A stretch of 64,000 nucleotides of DNA from the NCBI GenBank assembly GCA_963733195.1, contig CAVTCR010000050.1, positions 32,001 to 96,000 on the forward strand, written 5' to 3'. Shown in pieces: positions 1 through 10,137 of the stretch. Both the position numbers and the translations under genes were made by a program. The notes beneath the pieces are model-generated. The model did no database searches, was not told where the DNA came from, and was given only the letters and a program-made list of their open reading frames with translations. The first letter of the stretch is position 1. Each line of letters begins with the position of its first letter. Source of the stretch: an uncultured delta proteobacterium (GTDB taxonomy: Bacteria; Desulfobacterota; Binatia; Bin18).

Positions 1-194
1 CGACAGAAAAAAGTCCTCTCCAATTTCAACTGACAGGAGTATCCCAGCGCACAGAAGCGGTAGAAAGGCAGCGTAAAGCCCAAGGTATCCGAAGTTAAAT
101 GCGACTATTCCAGTTGCAGCCAGCACTCCTGCTAGGCCTATGACAAACAAGATCCAGGAAGCGGCCACCACCGGTCGTCGTTCCCGCATCATGA

Positions 195-1655
195 TTAGTC
201 TCTGCCTGTAAGGAACCGATCAAGCTGAGGAGCCTGTCGAAACAACAAAAAACCGTACGCGGCATTCCCTGGATCAAAGTCAAGATCATTCATGGAATTG
301 TTGATTCGCACGCGCGAGAAGCTATGTCGCTCAACTAGGCAGTTATCTCCGCACTCAATATCGTCAAAGCTTTCGTACTTAACTGGGATCCGCTCTTCCA
401 CATCCCAATAAGTCATAATACGAACAGCCGGGTATTCTCGCAGTTGGCCCCGCAAAAAACTAAATTCGAGGCCATAGCAAGGTCGCTGCTCACACTCATG
501 AACCCCCAAGAACCGTACTTTCAACTCCCCCCGTAACCATCCGCGAAATAGTTGCTCCTGCAACCGTTCTACTAATCGGTTGAACCCAAATTCCGTTACC
601 TGAGGTCGTCCCCCCCACCGCGCCAGATAGCCATCTGGCGCGACATCCCCTATGAGAGGGATCCCTTTCCAGGAGGTCCGAATTCTCACTCTGTCGCCGT
701 TTCGGCCCCGCCGGAACAATGCTTCTTGGGTGTTTCCAGGATCCCTCCCCCAATGCAAGTACAGATCAAATGGTTTCCGAAATTTGAATGAAATCTCACT
801 GTGATTGACCTCGCCATTTCCTTTTGGCGTTTCATAGCCCCAGACCCCAGAATAATCTAAGATCTCACCATAGCGCCGTTGCCAGCTCTGACTAAATCCT
901 CGCAAATCGATATTCGTCTCGCTGTTGACAGGAGAGTCGGTGTCATCGTTCTCTTCATCGCGGAACACTTGGGCATGGACTCCCGTGTTGACGCGCAGAC
1001 TCGTGTATACCATGCGCTGGCGGACCTCTCCTCCAGCCCCACGCAACGCAAGCTCCACAGGGATACCTGTTCCTCGTTCAATAACGAATTCGTAGGTCGC
1101 TACTGAGTTGTCCCGAAACGGGATCAGGAAGGCTGGTACACTAAGAACAAAGCGCCCTTCTCGATCTTGAGGCGAAGGGCGACGAACTTCAACTAATCGT
1201 AAACTACGATCAGTGATTGGCCGCTGCGCGAGCAGAACCAACGCCGTAAGCCATTCGTTAAGATCCTTAAATCCGGGTACAAACGGTTCTCCTACCTCCG
1301 TCGCTGGTACATTCACCGTCACATAGTCGAATCCTTCACCAAGACGAATCAACACATTACCAGGATTCACATCTGGTCGTATCAATAGCGTCGTTCCTTT
1401 ATAGAGCCCGGATTGCCATCGAACCGAGAGAAATCCCGGTTTTCGAAACACAACATCAAGCGTTTCTTGTCGGGGATTAGCTCTCCTTTCCTCAACCTCG
1501 TGCCGTAGAGTCCCTTGATAGTCTTCAAGTCGATAGTAGGCAGTCTGACATTGCAACAAGATGTCCAGGACATCCTGGAGCGTGTCCGACTGAGCCGTCG
1601 ATGACACAAGGAGGATGCGCAGGTGCAGCAGAGGACCCCCACGCTGACCACACAT
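195..1655 (-). CDS. Exported protein with two DUF1571/LolA-like domains
   Basis: 486-aa ORF with a hydrophobic N-terminus and two repeated modules (DYQGTL...FRKPGFLSVRW; DYSGVW...FKFRKPFDLYLHW). Start uncertain. Confidence 0.6.
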   Translation of the reverse strand: MCGQRGGPLLHLRILLVSSTAQSDTLQDVLDILLQCQTAYYRLEDYQGTLRHEVEERRANPRQETLDVVFRKPGFLSVRWQSGLYKGTTLLIRPDVNPGNVLIRLGEGFDYVTVNVPATEVGEPFVPGFKDLNEWLTALVLLAQRPITDRSLRLVEVRRPSPQDREGRFVLSVPAFLIPFRDNSVATYEFVIERGTGIPVELALRGAGGEVRQRMVYTSLRVNTGVHAQVFRDEENDDTDSPVNSETNIDLRGFSQSWQRRYGEILDYSGVWGYETPKGNGEVNHSEISFKFRKPFDLYLHWGRDPGNTQEALFRRGRNGDRVRIRTSWKGIPLIGDVAPDGYLARWGGRPQVTEFGFNRLVERLQEQLFRGWLRGELKVRFLGVHECEQRPCYGLEFSFLRGQLREYPAVRIMTYWDVEERIPVKYESFDDIECGDNCLVERHSFSRVRINNSMNDLDFDPGNAAYGFLLFRQAPQLDRFLTGRD

Positions 1656-1665
1656 CGAGAGCGCA

Positions 1666-2319
1666 TCACTCCGCCCCTAGTCCAGCTTTAAGCGCGAGAA
1701 TCGCCGCTTTTGTTCGATCATTCACTTGCAGCTTACGAAAGATACTAGCAAGGTGCATCTTAACAGTGAGTTCACTGATAAACAGCTTTTGGCTAATCTC
1801 TCGATTATTGGCGCCAGTAGATACGAGGCGCAAGACTTCTTCTTCTCGTGGAGTTAATGTGTTCACCAACCGCCGCAGCTCTTCAACTTCTTGATCTTTC
1901 TGAAACTCCCGCAGAAACTTCCCGGCGAGTTCAGGATTCAAAACAAGCTCCCCTGCGGCAACTTTCCGTAGCGTCTCAAGGATATCTTTCGCTCGCGTAT
2001 TCTTGAGCAAGTAGCCGACAGCTCCAGCCTTCAAAGCGCGGAAAATTAAATCTGGATTATCGTATCCTGTAAAAATCACAACCTTCGCCTGTGGCCTATA
2101 TTTGCGCACCAAAGCCGTAGCGGTAATCCCATCTCCCTGCGGCAACTCAATATCCATAAGGACAAGCGCCGGGTCAGCTTCTTTAAGCACCCCTTCAAGC
2201 TGTACTACATCTTCCGCCACCCCCACCACCTCAAAATCGACTTGCTTCTTGAAAAGCTGCTGAATCCCAGTCAGCATCACTGGATGGTCTTCTACTATCA
2301 CGAGAGAAATTTTTCCCAT
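1666..2319 (-). CDS. NarL/LuxR-family two-component response regulator
   Basis: REC domain (VEDH, LMDI phospho-acceptor, GYLLK) plus LuxR HTH (LTPREEEVL...NREIS...TVKMHL). Confidence 0.95.
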   Translation of the reverse strand: MGKISLVIVEDHPVMLTGIQQLFKKQVDFEVVGVAEDVVQLEGVLKEADPALVLMDIELPQGDGITATALVRKYRPQAKVVIFTGYDNPDLIFRALKAGAVGYLLKNTRAKDILETLRKVAAGELVLNPELAGKFLREFQKDQEVEELRRLVNTLTPREEEVLRLVSTGANNREISQKLFISELTVKMHLASIFRKLQVNDRTKAAILALKAGLGAE

Positions 2320-2461
2320 TTTAGACTCTTTCCATCCCGCCTAATGCCCATCTCCCCCATTTCAAACCCCGTACCCTTCAGGACATTTTGCGTAATTTCG
2401 CCAACATAAAAGTCCCCCTCCTACTGGTCAAGAATTTCTTCCTTTTATTGCCTGAAATCGA

Positions 2462-2512
2462 ATGGGGGTACTCGCGTGCGCCGCCGCGCGGCGCAAAGCG
2501 AAGTGCCCCCAT
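2462..2512. repeat. GC-rich imperfect palindrome (REP-like hairpin)
   Basis: atgggggtac...gtgcccccat outer arms and tgcgccgc-cgc-gcggcgca inner arms. Confidence 0.6.
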
Positions 2513-2559
2513 GAGAGCCTTCCTGAACGACAAATTCACAGAAAGTCGCCATATCAAAT

Positions 2560-2880
2560 GAATTACTCGAAGACATTTTAGACATTATGAAATAGAATTA
2601 TTCTTTATAATTTTTAGTCAAATTAAACACGACTTGAATGCTTTTCAAAATCGCCAATTATTAGTCGCTAAAACAGAAACTTCGAATTTTCCCTATTTAA
2701 TCCAAATATTAAGTTATTTTTCCGCTTAATTTCCATTGATTAGAATATTTTTAGTCATTTTTTCAAATTAATAACTTTTTTGTCGTTTTAATTTTTGTCT
2801 GTTATTTAGTCAAATAAAATGGCTTATTCTTGCTCTATTCACAGGCTGAAAAATATGTGAATAACTATTTTATAAGGGGA
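2560..2880. promoter_or_regulatory. AT-rich intergenic region with repeated TTTAGTC motifs and two DnaA-box-like 9-mers
   Basis: TTTAGTCAAAT at 2613 and 2805, TTTAGTCA at 2750, TTAGTC at 2661; CTATTCACA at 2835-2843 and TGTGAATAA at 2856-2864. Confidence 0.4.
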
Positions 2881-2887
2881 CTTTTCC

Positions 2888-3637
2888 ATGGATATCGACA
2901 CAGATAAGCGCAAAGGGGTGCGCCAAAAAAGCCCAAACGCCCCAGCCTATAGCGTACAAGAAGTATTAGAAGATGCTCGCAGAATCTTTCGCATAGAGAA
3001 CCAAGTGCCAATTAGTCGAGAATCAATAGCGGAGCACCTCGGTTTGGCTGCGCAATCTGGTCCTTTTAATCGAAAGCTGAGCAGCCTCCGTCAATATGGC
3101 TTCCTAGAACCTGTCGGTAAAGACCTCCGTGTCAGCGATCTATTTCTTCGTATCGATCACGCTACAGATGAAACAGACCGCCAGCATGCCTTACGTGAGG
3201 CCCTCGGTCGCCCTGCCATTTTTCAAGGCTTATTAAGCCAATACGAAACTACTGGTGGTGGGCTTCCCTCTGACATTAACCTCACTAATCAACTCGTACT
3301 CAAGTTCCGTTTTACCAAGACCAATGCCGAAACCGTTGCCAAGTCCTTCCTCGAATCTGCCCGTTTTGCAGGATTGACCCAATCCCGACTCTACACTCCT
3401 CCTCTGCCTCACTTGCTTCCTGCATCTCCCTCCCCTCTGTCCCAACTAATCTCAAGAACCCCAGAACCCACCTCGGAGGTTCATCGCTCTCGCAATGAAC
3501 CGGTTACTCAGTGCCGCCAAGAAATTCCACTCGGTTCAGGTCGCCGTGCAATCGTGTCCGTTCCTGAGGATGTCTCTCCTGAAGAAATCGCCAAAGTCAT
3601 CCGTGTTCTTCATGCACTTGCCGGTGTCGATCTCTAA
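2888..3637 (+). CDS. Hypothetical protein, probable winged-helix DNA-binding (DUF5343-like)
   Basis: RBS AAGGGGA; ISRESIAEHLG...KLSSLRQYGFLE has a wHTH-like pattern; Pro/Ser-rich linker and small C-terminal domain. Confidence 0.55.
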   Translation: MDIDTDKRKGVRQKSPNAPAYSVQEVLEDARRIFRIENQVPISRESIAEHLGLAAQSGPFNRKLSSLRQYGFLEPVGKDLRVSDLFLRIDHATDETDRQHALREALGRPAIFQGLLSQYETTGGGLPSDINLTNQLVLKFRFTKTNAETVAKSFLESARFAGLTQSRLYTPPLPHLLPASPSPLSQLISRTPEPTSEVHRSRNEPVTQCRQEIPLGSGRRAIVSVPEDVSPEEIAKVIRVLHALAGVDL

Positions 3638-3722
3638 CCGGGTCTTTGCCTCACTGAACCTACTTGACCCTCTATCCTGTTTTCTGCATCCTTCCTTACA
3701 CACAATCGCTAAGAGTGGAGCA

Positions 3723-4553
3723 ATGTACTATTTAACTCGTCTCGTAGAGTTCGAAGCCTCTCATCGTTATTGGAATCCCGAATTCTCTCTCGAAGAGAAT
3801 CATCATACGTTTGGTAAATGTGTGAGCCCTCACGGACACGGCCACAATTACGTTCTGCGAGTAACCCTTGCCGGCCACAGCGATCCACGAACCGGTATGG
3901 TTCTTAATGTCAAAGAACTCGATCGAATTTTAAAAGAAGTCAGCAGTGAGTTTGATCACAAATTTATCAACGCAGATCACCCTTCGTTTCACGATCGTAT
4001 CCCCACAACTGAGAACCTTGCCTCATACATGCGCGATCGCATTGAAGAGAAGCTCCAAGCGGAACGAGGTAGTTATTACCTCGCCCAAGTCCGTCTGTAT
4101 GAAGAGCCAACCCTCTGGTCAGACGTGTTTGCCGGAGAAGGACGCACTATGGCATGCCTAACAAAAACGTTCGGTTTCAGCGCTGCACATCGGCTTCACA
4201 GCTCCCTGCTTTCCGATGAAGAGAATCAGACTGTTTTCGGCAAGTGCAATAACCCCAATGGCCATGGTCATAATTATGAACTCGAAGTGACTGTCCAAGG
4301 GGAGATTGACCCCCGTACTGGTATGATTATGGATTTGGGCGCCCTAATGCAGATCGTGCAAGAAGAGGTGATCAATCGCTTTGATCACAAGCATCTAAAT
4401 AGCGATACCGTCGAATTCAGCACCTTGAACCCAACTGGCGAGAATATCACTAAAGTCATCTGGGACCTGTTGAATCCTAAGCTAGGTAAGAACCTCACGA
4501 AGATCGGCCTCTGGGAAACTCCCAAAAACTTTTTCGAGTATACCGGCGAGTAA
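3723..4553 (+). CDS. Tandem two-domain 6-pyruvoyl-tetrahydropterin synthase (PTPS/QueD fold)
   Basis: Two T-fold domains, each with HR...GKC-x5-HGHNY, D.KF/HLN, PTxEN and E-T/P motifs. ATG at 3723 follows GGAG. Confidence 0.9.
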   Translation: MYYLTRLVEFEASHRYWNPEFSLEENHHTFGKCVSPHGHGHNYVLRVTLAGHSDPRTGMVLNVKELDRILKEVSSEFDHKFINADHPSFHDRIPTTENLASYMRDRIEEKLQAERGSYYLAQVRLYEEPTLWSDVFAGEGRTMACLTKTFGFSAAHRLHSSLLSDEENQTVFGKCNNPNGHGHNYELEVTVQGEIDPRTGMIMDLGALMQIVQEEVINRFDHKHLNSDTVEFSTLNPTGENITKVIWDLLNPKLGKNLTKIGLWETPKNFFEYTGE

Positions 4554-4557
4554 GACT

Positions 4558-5283
4558 ATGTCTTCGTACGATCTTCATGGTCAGGTCGCTATTGTCACTG
4601 GAGCGGGTTCTGGTATCGGGCGGGCAGTCGCTCTCGTCCTTGCCCGAACTGGAGCTAAAGTCGCTCTCGCCGCCCGCACGAAACAAAAACTCGATGATCT
4701 CGTCACTGACATCACTAAAAGTGGTGGATCCGCCTTAGCGGTCCCCACTGATGTTGGGAACGAACTCCAAGTCGAAGCGTTAGTGGCTAAGACGAAATCG
4801 GCCTACGGCCATATCGATATCCTCGTCACCAGTGCTGGCGGCGCTGTTTTCGGTCCGCTGACCGAATCCCGCACAGAAGACTGGGATTCCATGATCAACA
4901 TCAACTTGCGTGGAACCTACCTCTGCTGCAAACATACTATCCGAGAGATGATCCCTCGTGGGCGTGGCCATATCCTCAATGTTCTCTCCATCGCCAGCAC
5001 CCACATCCTTCCAGGATCAACGGCCTATACAGCCTCCAAATTTGGCGCTCTTGGTTTAACTAAAGTCATCGCCGCAGAGGTTCGCTCCTTAGGTATCAAA
5101 GTTACTGCTGTTATCCCAGGAGCAGTAGATACCCCACTGTGGGACACCAGTGGCAGCACTCTTGATCGCGGAAAGATGCTCTCTTCAACTGACGTTGCCA
5201 ATGCCATGCTCAGCGTCATTTCCCAACCTTCTAGTATCTACACCGACGAAATCGTACTCATGCCACCGTTAGGAATCTTGTGA
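4558..5283 (+). CDS. SDR oxidoreductase, sepiapterin-reductase-like (Chlorobium type)
   Basis: TGAGSGIG, YTASKFG, PGAVDTPLW; 4 nt downstream of PTPS. Confidence 0.75.
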   Translation: MSSYDLHGQVAIVTGAGSGIGRAVALVLARTGAKVALAARTKQKLDDLVTDITKSGGSALAVPTDVGNELQVEALVAKTKSAYGHIDILVTSAGGAVFGPLTESRTEDWDSMININLRGTYLCCKHTIREMIPRGRGHILNVLSIASTHILPGSTAYTASKFGALGLTKVIAAEVRSLGIKVTAVIPGAVDTPLWDTSGSTLDRGKMLSSTDVANAMLSVISQPSSIYTDEIVLMPPLGIL

Positions 5284-5310
5284 CATATTGTCCGTTCCTT
5301 CGCTCTTCTC

Positions 5311-6294
5311 TTGCTCTTCAGTCTCTTCACTGGAATCGCCTGCAACAGCAAACCTGTTCAGGAAGTGCCAAATTCCTTTCATGTTGCTTTGCTAACTCCA
5401 GGCCCGGTCAGCGATGCTGGTTGGAATGCTCTCGCGTACGAAGGCTTAATGAAGATCAAAGAAGTACTTCACGCCGAAGTCAGTCAGGTCGAAACCAAGA
5501 CCCCCGCTGATTTCGAGGAAGCTTTTCGTGACTACGCCAGTCGCAATTTCAACCTCATCTTTGGTCACGGCTTCGAATTTCAGGATGCCGCCGCAAAAGT
5601 TGGCGCCGACTTTCCTAGCTCTGTATTCATCACTACCTCCGGTAGCACCGTTCGCAAGAACGTTGCCCCCATGCGCTTTCTTCTCGAAGAAGCCACCTAT
5701 CTCATGGGCATGATGAGCGCGCTCGTCTCCACGACTGGCAAAGCTGGTGCTATTGGTGGGGTTGAGATCCCACCTCTGAAAAGTACCTTCATGGCTTTTG
5801 AAGCAGGAGCCAAAAGCATCAATCCAAATTTTCAGGTGATCGTCTCCTACATTGGCAATTGGGAAGACGTCGGCGCCGCCAAGCAAGCAGCCATTGCTCT
5901 CATTGAGCAAGGATGCGATGTCATTATCCCTAATGCTGACGCCGCGAGTCTTGGTGCGTTTCAGGCGGCTCAAGAAAAAGGGATCCTCGCCTTCGGTACC
6001 AATAAAAATCAAAATGACCTGGCTCCCAATGCCGTACTTGCCAGTGGTGTCATCGATATCCCCACAGCATTCCTGCAAATGGCTCAATCCGTACAAAACC
6101 ATTCTTTTCAAGGACGCATCATCCGCCTAGGCATGAAAGATAATGTCATTTCTCTCGTGTACAACCCGATACTCAAAAGTCGTCTTTCATCCGCAGCGCA
6201 AATTCGTATAGACACCGCGCAGCAGCAAATCATCAACGGCACCTTGACCGTACCGAGCGTCGAATTCTCCCCAGTCCAAACCGGTGCGTCGTAA
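5311..6294 (+). CDS. BMP-family ABC transporter substrate-binding lipoprotein
   Basis: Lipobox GIAC; GPVSDAGWNALAYEG, IFGHGFEF, GNWED motifs. Start uncertain. Confidence 0.9.
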   Translation: MLFSLFTGIACNSKPVQEVPNSFHVALLTPGPVSDAGWNALAYEGLMKIKEVLHAEVSQVETKTPADFEEAFRDYASRNFNLIFGHGFEFQDAAAKVGADFPSSVFITTSGSTVRKNVAPMRFLLEEATYLMGMMSALVSTTGKAGAIGGVEIPPLKSTFMAFEAGAKSINPNFQVIVSYIGNWEDVGAAKQAAIALIEQGCDVIIPNADAASLGAFQAAQEKGILAFGTNKNQNDLAPNAVLASGVIDIPTAFLQMAQSVQNHSFQGRIIRLGMKDNVISLVYNPILKSRLSSAAQIRIDTAQQQIINGTLTVPSVEFSPVQTGAS

Positions 6295-6302
6295 TCCTTT
6301 CC

Positions 6303-7837
6303 ATGCCCGACATCTCTGTACGGGAAATCACCAAAGCTTTCTCAAGCGTCCTCGCTGTCGATCACGTCAGTATTGACTTCCACGCTGGTGAGATTCACGC
6401 CATTCTCGGAGAGAATGGTGCGGGTAAATCCACTCTCATGCATCTCCTCTCTGGCTTGTATCGTCCAGATTCCGGCACCATTCTCCTCAACGGTCAACCG
6501 CATATCTTCTCATCGCCTCGCGCCGCCCTTGCTGCTGGGATCGCTATGGTCCACCAGCACTTCATGCTGATTCCGTCGTTTACTATTGCTGAAAACATTC
6601 TTCTCGCACTTCCAGGCTCCAGCAAAAGTCGAATCGATCGCCCAGCCCTTGCTCAGCAAGTAAGAAACCTCGCCACCCAATTCGGTATAAACATCGAAAG
6701 TCCCGACACTCCTGTCGCCGCACTCTCTGTCGGTTCTCAACAACGAGTGGAGATCCTCAAAACGCTCGCCGCCTCAGCCCGCGTATTGATTCTCGATGAA
6801 CCCACCGCAGTGCTTACACCAACGGAAGTAGATAATCTTTTCACTGTACTGCGGCGCTTGAAACAGGAAGGATACTTGATCCTCTTGATCACCCATAAGA
6901 TTCCCGAGGTCTTAGCCATCGCCGACCGGCTCTCCGTCCTCCGTCGCGGTCGCCTCGTCACAACCAAGGAAACTGCCGCTAGTACTCCACAGGAACTTGC
7001 TCAGCTGATGATCGGTGATCTTTCCCTTCCCACTTCACTACCGAAAACTCATCTTTCGCCCCATAGTGAATCAGACTCGAGTTCCCCCCTCTTTTACTCC
7101 TCGATAACATGTCAGTCTCCGCAGCTTCCGGTGGTATGTCATTACGGAATCTGTCGCTGACGTTACGACCAGGCGAAATCGTTGGCATTGCCGGTGTTGA
7201 TGGCAACGGGCAAACTGAACTGATTGAAATCCTGCTCGGATTCCGTAAACCAACAGAAGGAACCATCAGAATAAACGGCTCTCAGTTGAGCCAATCAACA
7301 CCAGCCCAGGTACGCGCGCTAGGTGTTTCACTCATCCCTCAAGACCGTCGCCGTGAAGGACTCGCACTTTCCTTATCTGTTGAGGAGAATCTTCTTCTCA
7401 ATACTCAGCGCCTCTCGACCATCTCTCCTGGACTTTACCTTAATCCCGATCACACACGTCAATTCGCTTACTCGCAAATCGAGAACTTTGGTATCCGCAC
7501 CTCTTCTCCGATCGAACCCGTCTCTTCTCTCTCTGGTGGTAACCAGCAACGCGTTGTCATTGCTCGCGAATTAGCAACTCACCCGCAGATTATTATTGCC
7601 GCGAACCCCACACGAGGCCTCGACATCGGAGCAACCGACTACGTTCACCGTACCCTCATTGAGCACTGCCAGCGCGGCGCAGGGGTCATTCTCATCTCCA
7701 CCGACCTTGACGAAACTCTCGCGCTCAGTCATCGCATCTATGCACTCTACCAAGGCCGCTTGTTAGGACCCGTAGATCCTATAACTGGGCATACTGCTCT
7801 CGGCCTAATGATGACTGGAGTAACTACAACATCGTGA
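6303..7837 (+). CDS. Nucleoside/sugar-type ABC transporter ATP-binding protein (two NBDs), split by a frameshift near 7100
   Basis: GENGAGKST, LSVGSQQRVEILK, ILDEPT in 6303-7160; GVDGNGQ, LSGGNQQR, NPTRGLDIG in 7109-7837. Confidence 0.9.
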
Positions 7838-7966
7838 CAGCTCGATTCCTTCCACGACAACAATGCCTTGTACACTGGACAAGGCATAACACCGCTTGTC
7901 CTGCTGCGCCAGTGCGAGGTGAGCGTAGCCGTGTTCGCGGCGAAGTCGAAGGATGACGAGCTCTCC

Positions 7967-9055
7967 ATGTACGCGAAAACGACTCTCCTTTCACCACTCC
8001 TTGCCCTTGTGTCGTCTATTATCGTCATCACGATAGGGCTATGGCTCACTGGCATCAGTGCCTCAAGCGTCTTTGTTAACTTATGGCTTGGTGCTGCTGG
8101 CGACTCGTATCGTCTCTCTGAAACTGCCGTCAAAGCCTGCCCGTTACTATTCACTGGCCTTGCGGTTATGCTCGCCCTCCGCGCTGGACTCTGGAACATT
8201 GGCGCAGAGGGGCAATTACTCCTCGGTGCACTTTCGGCTGCCTGGGTTGGTCAATACACTGCAGCACTCCCCTCTCCTCTCGCGATCCTCATTGTAGTGG
8301 TGGTCTCTCTGAGTGCAGGATTCCTCTGGGCTGGCTGTGCCGCTTATCTCAAACAGAAACACAGCGTCAATGAGGTCATCAGCACCATCATGCTCAATTT
8401 TGTCGCTGTCTATCTTGTCAGTTACGGTGTCCATGGACCGCTCATGGAAGCATCTGGACAATATCCTCAAACAGATCCCCTTCCCATCGCCGCCACGCTC
8501 CCGCGGCTCTTCCCTCCAGCACGTTTTCATCTCGGCATCGCTCTCGCTCTCGTCACCGCAATCATCATCTGGATTTTTCTCTTCCGTACCAAAGCTGGTT
8601 TCCGCCTCCGTGCAACCGGTGCCAACCCAACCGCTGCACACTTCGCTGGGATTGCGGTAGAGCGCGAAGTCACTATCGCCTTCTTGTTCAGTGGAGCCCT
8701 TGCTGGTCTGGCCGGTGGCATCGAAGTGAGTGGAGTCACCCAACGAGTGTACGAAAAATTCTCTCCTGGCTATGGCTATACTGCGATTGCCGTTGCTCTC
8801 GTCGGGCAACGTGATCCTGCTGGGGTAGTGTTTGCAGCTCTTTTCTTTGGAGCATTGGATGCTGGAGCAAGTGCCGTACAAAGAAACGTCGGAGTCTCTT
8901 CAGTGTTGACGTCCGTCATCCAAGCAACTGTCGTACTCTTTCTCGCCGCCTATAGTACCGAAACTGTACAACGCCTTGTCCATCGAATTTCAACACGCTC
9001 CGCGCTTCCGTTGCTTATCTGTCTGGTTTCTCTCTGTTCACACTATCAAGCGTAA
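7967..9055 (+). CDS. ABC transporter permease (nucleoside type)
   Basis: GLWNIGAEGQ, NEVISTIMLN, GYGYTAIAVA motifs; multiple TM segments. Confidence 0.9.
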   Translation: MYAKTTLLSPLLALVSSIIVITIGLWLTGISASSVFVNLWLGAAGDSYRLSETAVKACPLLFTGLAVMLALRAGLWNIGAEGQLLLGALSAAWVGQYTAALPSPLAILIVVVVSLSAGFLWAGCAAYLKQKHSVNEVISTIMLNFVAVYLVSYGVHGPLMEASGQYPQTDPLPIAATLPRLFPPARFHLGIALALVTAIIIWIFLFRTKAGFRLRATGANPTAAHFAGIAVEREVTIAFLFSGALAGLAGGIEVSGVTQRVYEKFSPGYGYTAIAVALVGQRDPAGVVFAALFFGALDAGASAVQRNVGVSSVLTSVIQATVVLFLAAYSTETVQRLVHRISTRSALPLLICLVSLCSHYQA

Positions 9056-9994
9056 ATGGATATTTTCATCACTCTTCTAACCAACAGCGACGCACTCCTT
9101 CACTCCACTCTCGTGGCTGCAACTCCGCTGCTGCTGGCCGCCTTAGGAGAGACCGTAGTCCAGCGCGCCGGTGTCATCAACATCGGACTCGAAGGTATTC
9201 TTCTCATCGGCGCCTTTGCTGGGATGACTGCTTGTTATGCTTCTGGTTCACCGGTGCTAGGCGTCTTCGCTGGTGCGCTCAGTGGACTCTTCCTCGCCCT
9301 TCTCTTTGCAGGGCTAACCGTGGGGCTTAGTGCAGATCAGATTGTTGTTGGAGTAAGTCTCAACCTGTTAGCTGCCGGTATTACCGGTCTCCTCTACCGC
9401 GGAATCTTCGGTGTTACGGGTCAGGCCTTACAAGTCACAACCTTTACCCCTGTATCGATTCCCCTTCTGAGCACGATCCCCGTTCTTGGTCCCGCCCTCT
9501 TCCAACATACAGGGCTTGTTTATCTAGCTATCCTCCTCGTCCCCTTGTTCACATTTTTTTTGTTCCAGCTACGTGCAGGGCTACAACTACAAGCCGTCGG
9601 TGAGCATCCCCATGCCGCCGAAACCTTGGGAGTTTCTGTCAGAAAAGTTCGTACTCTTGCCCTCGCAGTAGAAGGCTTCATAGGCGGAATAGCAGGAAGC
9701 TATCTCTCGCTCGCTTATTCCAACACATTTATTGAAGGCATGTCCGCCGGGCGTGGCTTCATCGCCCTCGCTATTGTCATCTTCGGTCGATGGAATCCCA
9801 ACGGGACATTATGGGGGGCGTTATTTTTCGGTGCAGCAACTGCCTTACAGTTTCATCTACAGGCGTTGGGGTCAGCTATACCCTACCAATTTATACTGAT
9901 GCTGCCCTATTTGTTGACGCTCTTGGCCCTCGTGCTCCTGGGAACCCGCACTTCCGCACCCGCAGCACTCGGCCAGCTGTACACACGGGAGTAG
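9056..9994 (+). CDS. ABC transporter permease (nucleoside type)
   Basis: GVINIGLEG, AVGEHP, GRGFIALAIVIFGRW motifs. Confidence 0.92.
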   Translation: MDIFITLLTNSDALLHSTLVAATPLLLAALGETVVQRAGVINIGLEGILLIGAFAGMTACYASGSPVLGVFAGALSGLFLALLFAGLTVGLSADQIVVGVSLNLLAAGITGLLYRGIFGVTGQALQVTTFTPVSIPLLSTIPVLGPALFQHTGLVYLAILLVPLFTFFLFQLRAGLQLQAVGEHPHAAETLGVSVRKVRTLALAVEGFIGGIAGSYLSLAYSNTFIEGMSAGRGFIALAIVIFGRWNPNGTLWGALFFGAATALQFHLQALGSAIPYQFILMLPYLLTLLALVLLGTRTSAPAALGQLYTRE

Positions 9995-10012
9995 AAAATT
10001 CGTCACTCAGAA

Positions 10013-10043
10013 AATCCACAATCTACAATTTGCAATCTACAAT
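10013..10043. repeat. Heptamer tandem repeat (AATCTAC-like x4)
   Basis: aatccac aatctac aatttgc aatctac aat. Confidence 0.7.
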
Positions 10044-10050
10044 AGGAAAG

Positions 10051-10137
10051 CGGAGGGAGTGGGATTCGAACCCACGAGAGCCTTGCGACCCTACCGATTT
10101 TCAAGACCGGCGCTTTCGACCACTCAGCCATCCCTCC
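10051..10137 (-). tRNA. tRNA-Ser (anticodon TGA), long variable arm, CCA not encoded
   Basis: Reverse complement GGAGGGATGGCTGAGTGGTCGAAAGCGCCGGTCTTGAAAATCGGTAGGGTCGCAAGGCTCTCGTGGGTTCGAATCCCACTCCCTCCG folds as a cloverleaf with anticodon loop CT-TGA-AA. Confidence 0.97.

Noticed and set aside
5281-5283. TGA in frame between the SDR and the BMP lipoprotein as possible Sec or read-through
   Set aside because: The SDR is complete, a signal peptide follows, there is no Cys-type motif and no SECIS-like hairpin was seen.
2560-10051. Genomic island integrated at the tRNA-Ser 3' end
   Set aside because: No integrase and no duplicate of the tRNA 3' end were found in the window.
10051-10137. tRNA with TGA anticodon near a 'selenium-binding protein' and serS as a selenocysteine locus
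   Set aside because: Anticodon TGA reads UCA (Ser), whereas tRNA-Sec needs TCA. The SBP56 protein is a methanethiol oxidase with no in-frame TGA.
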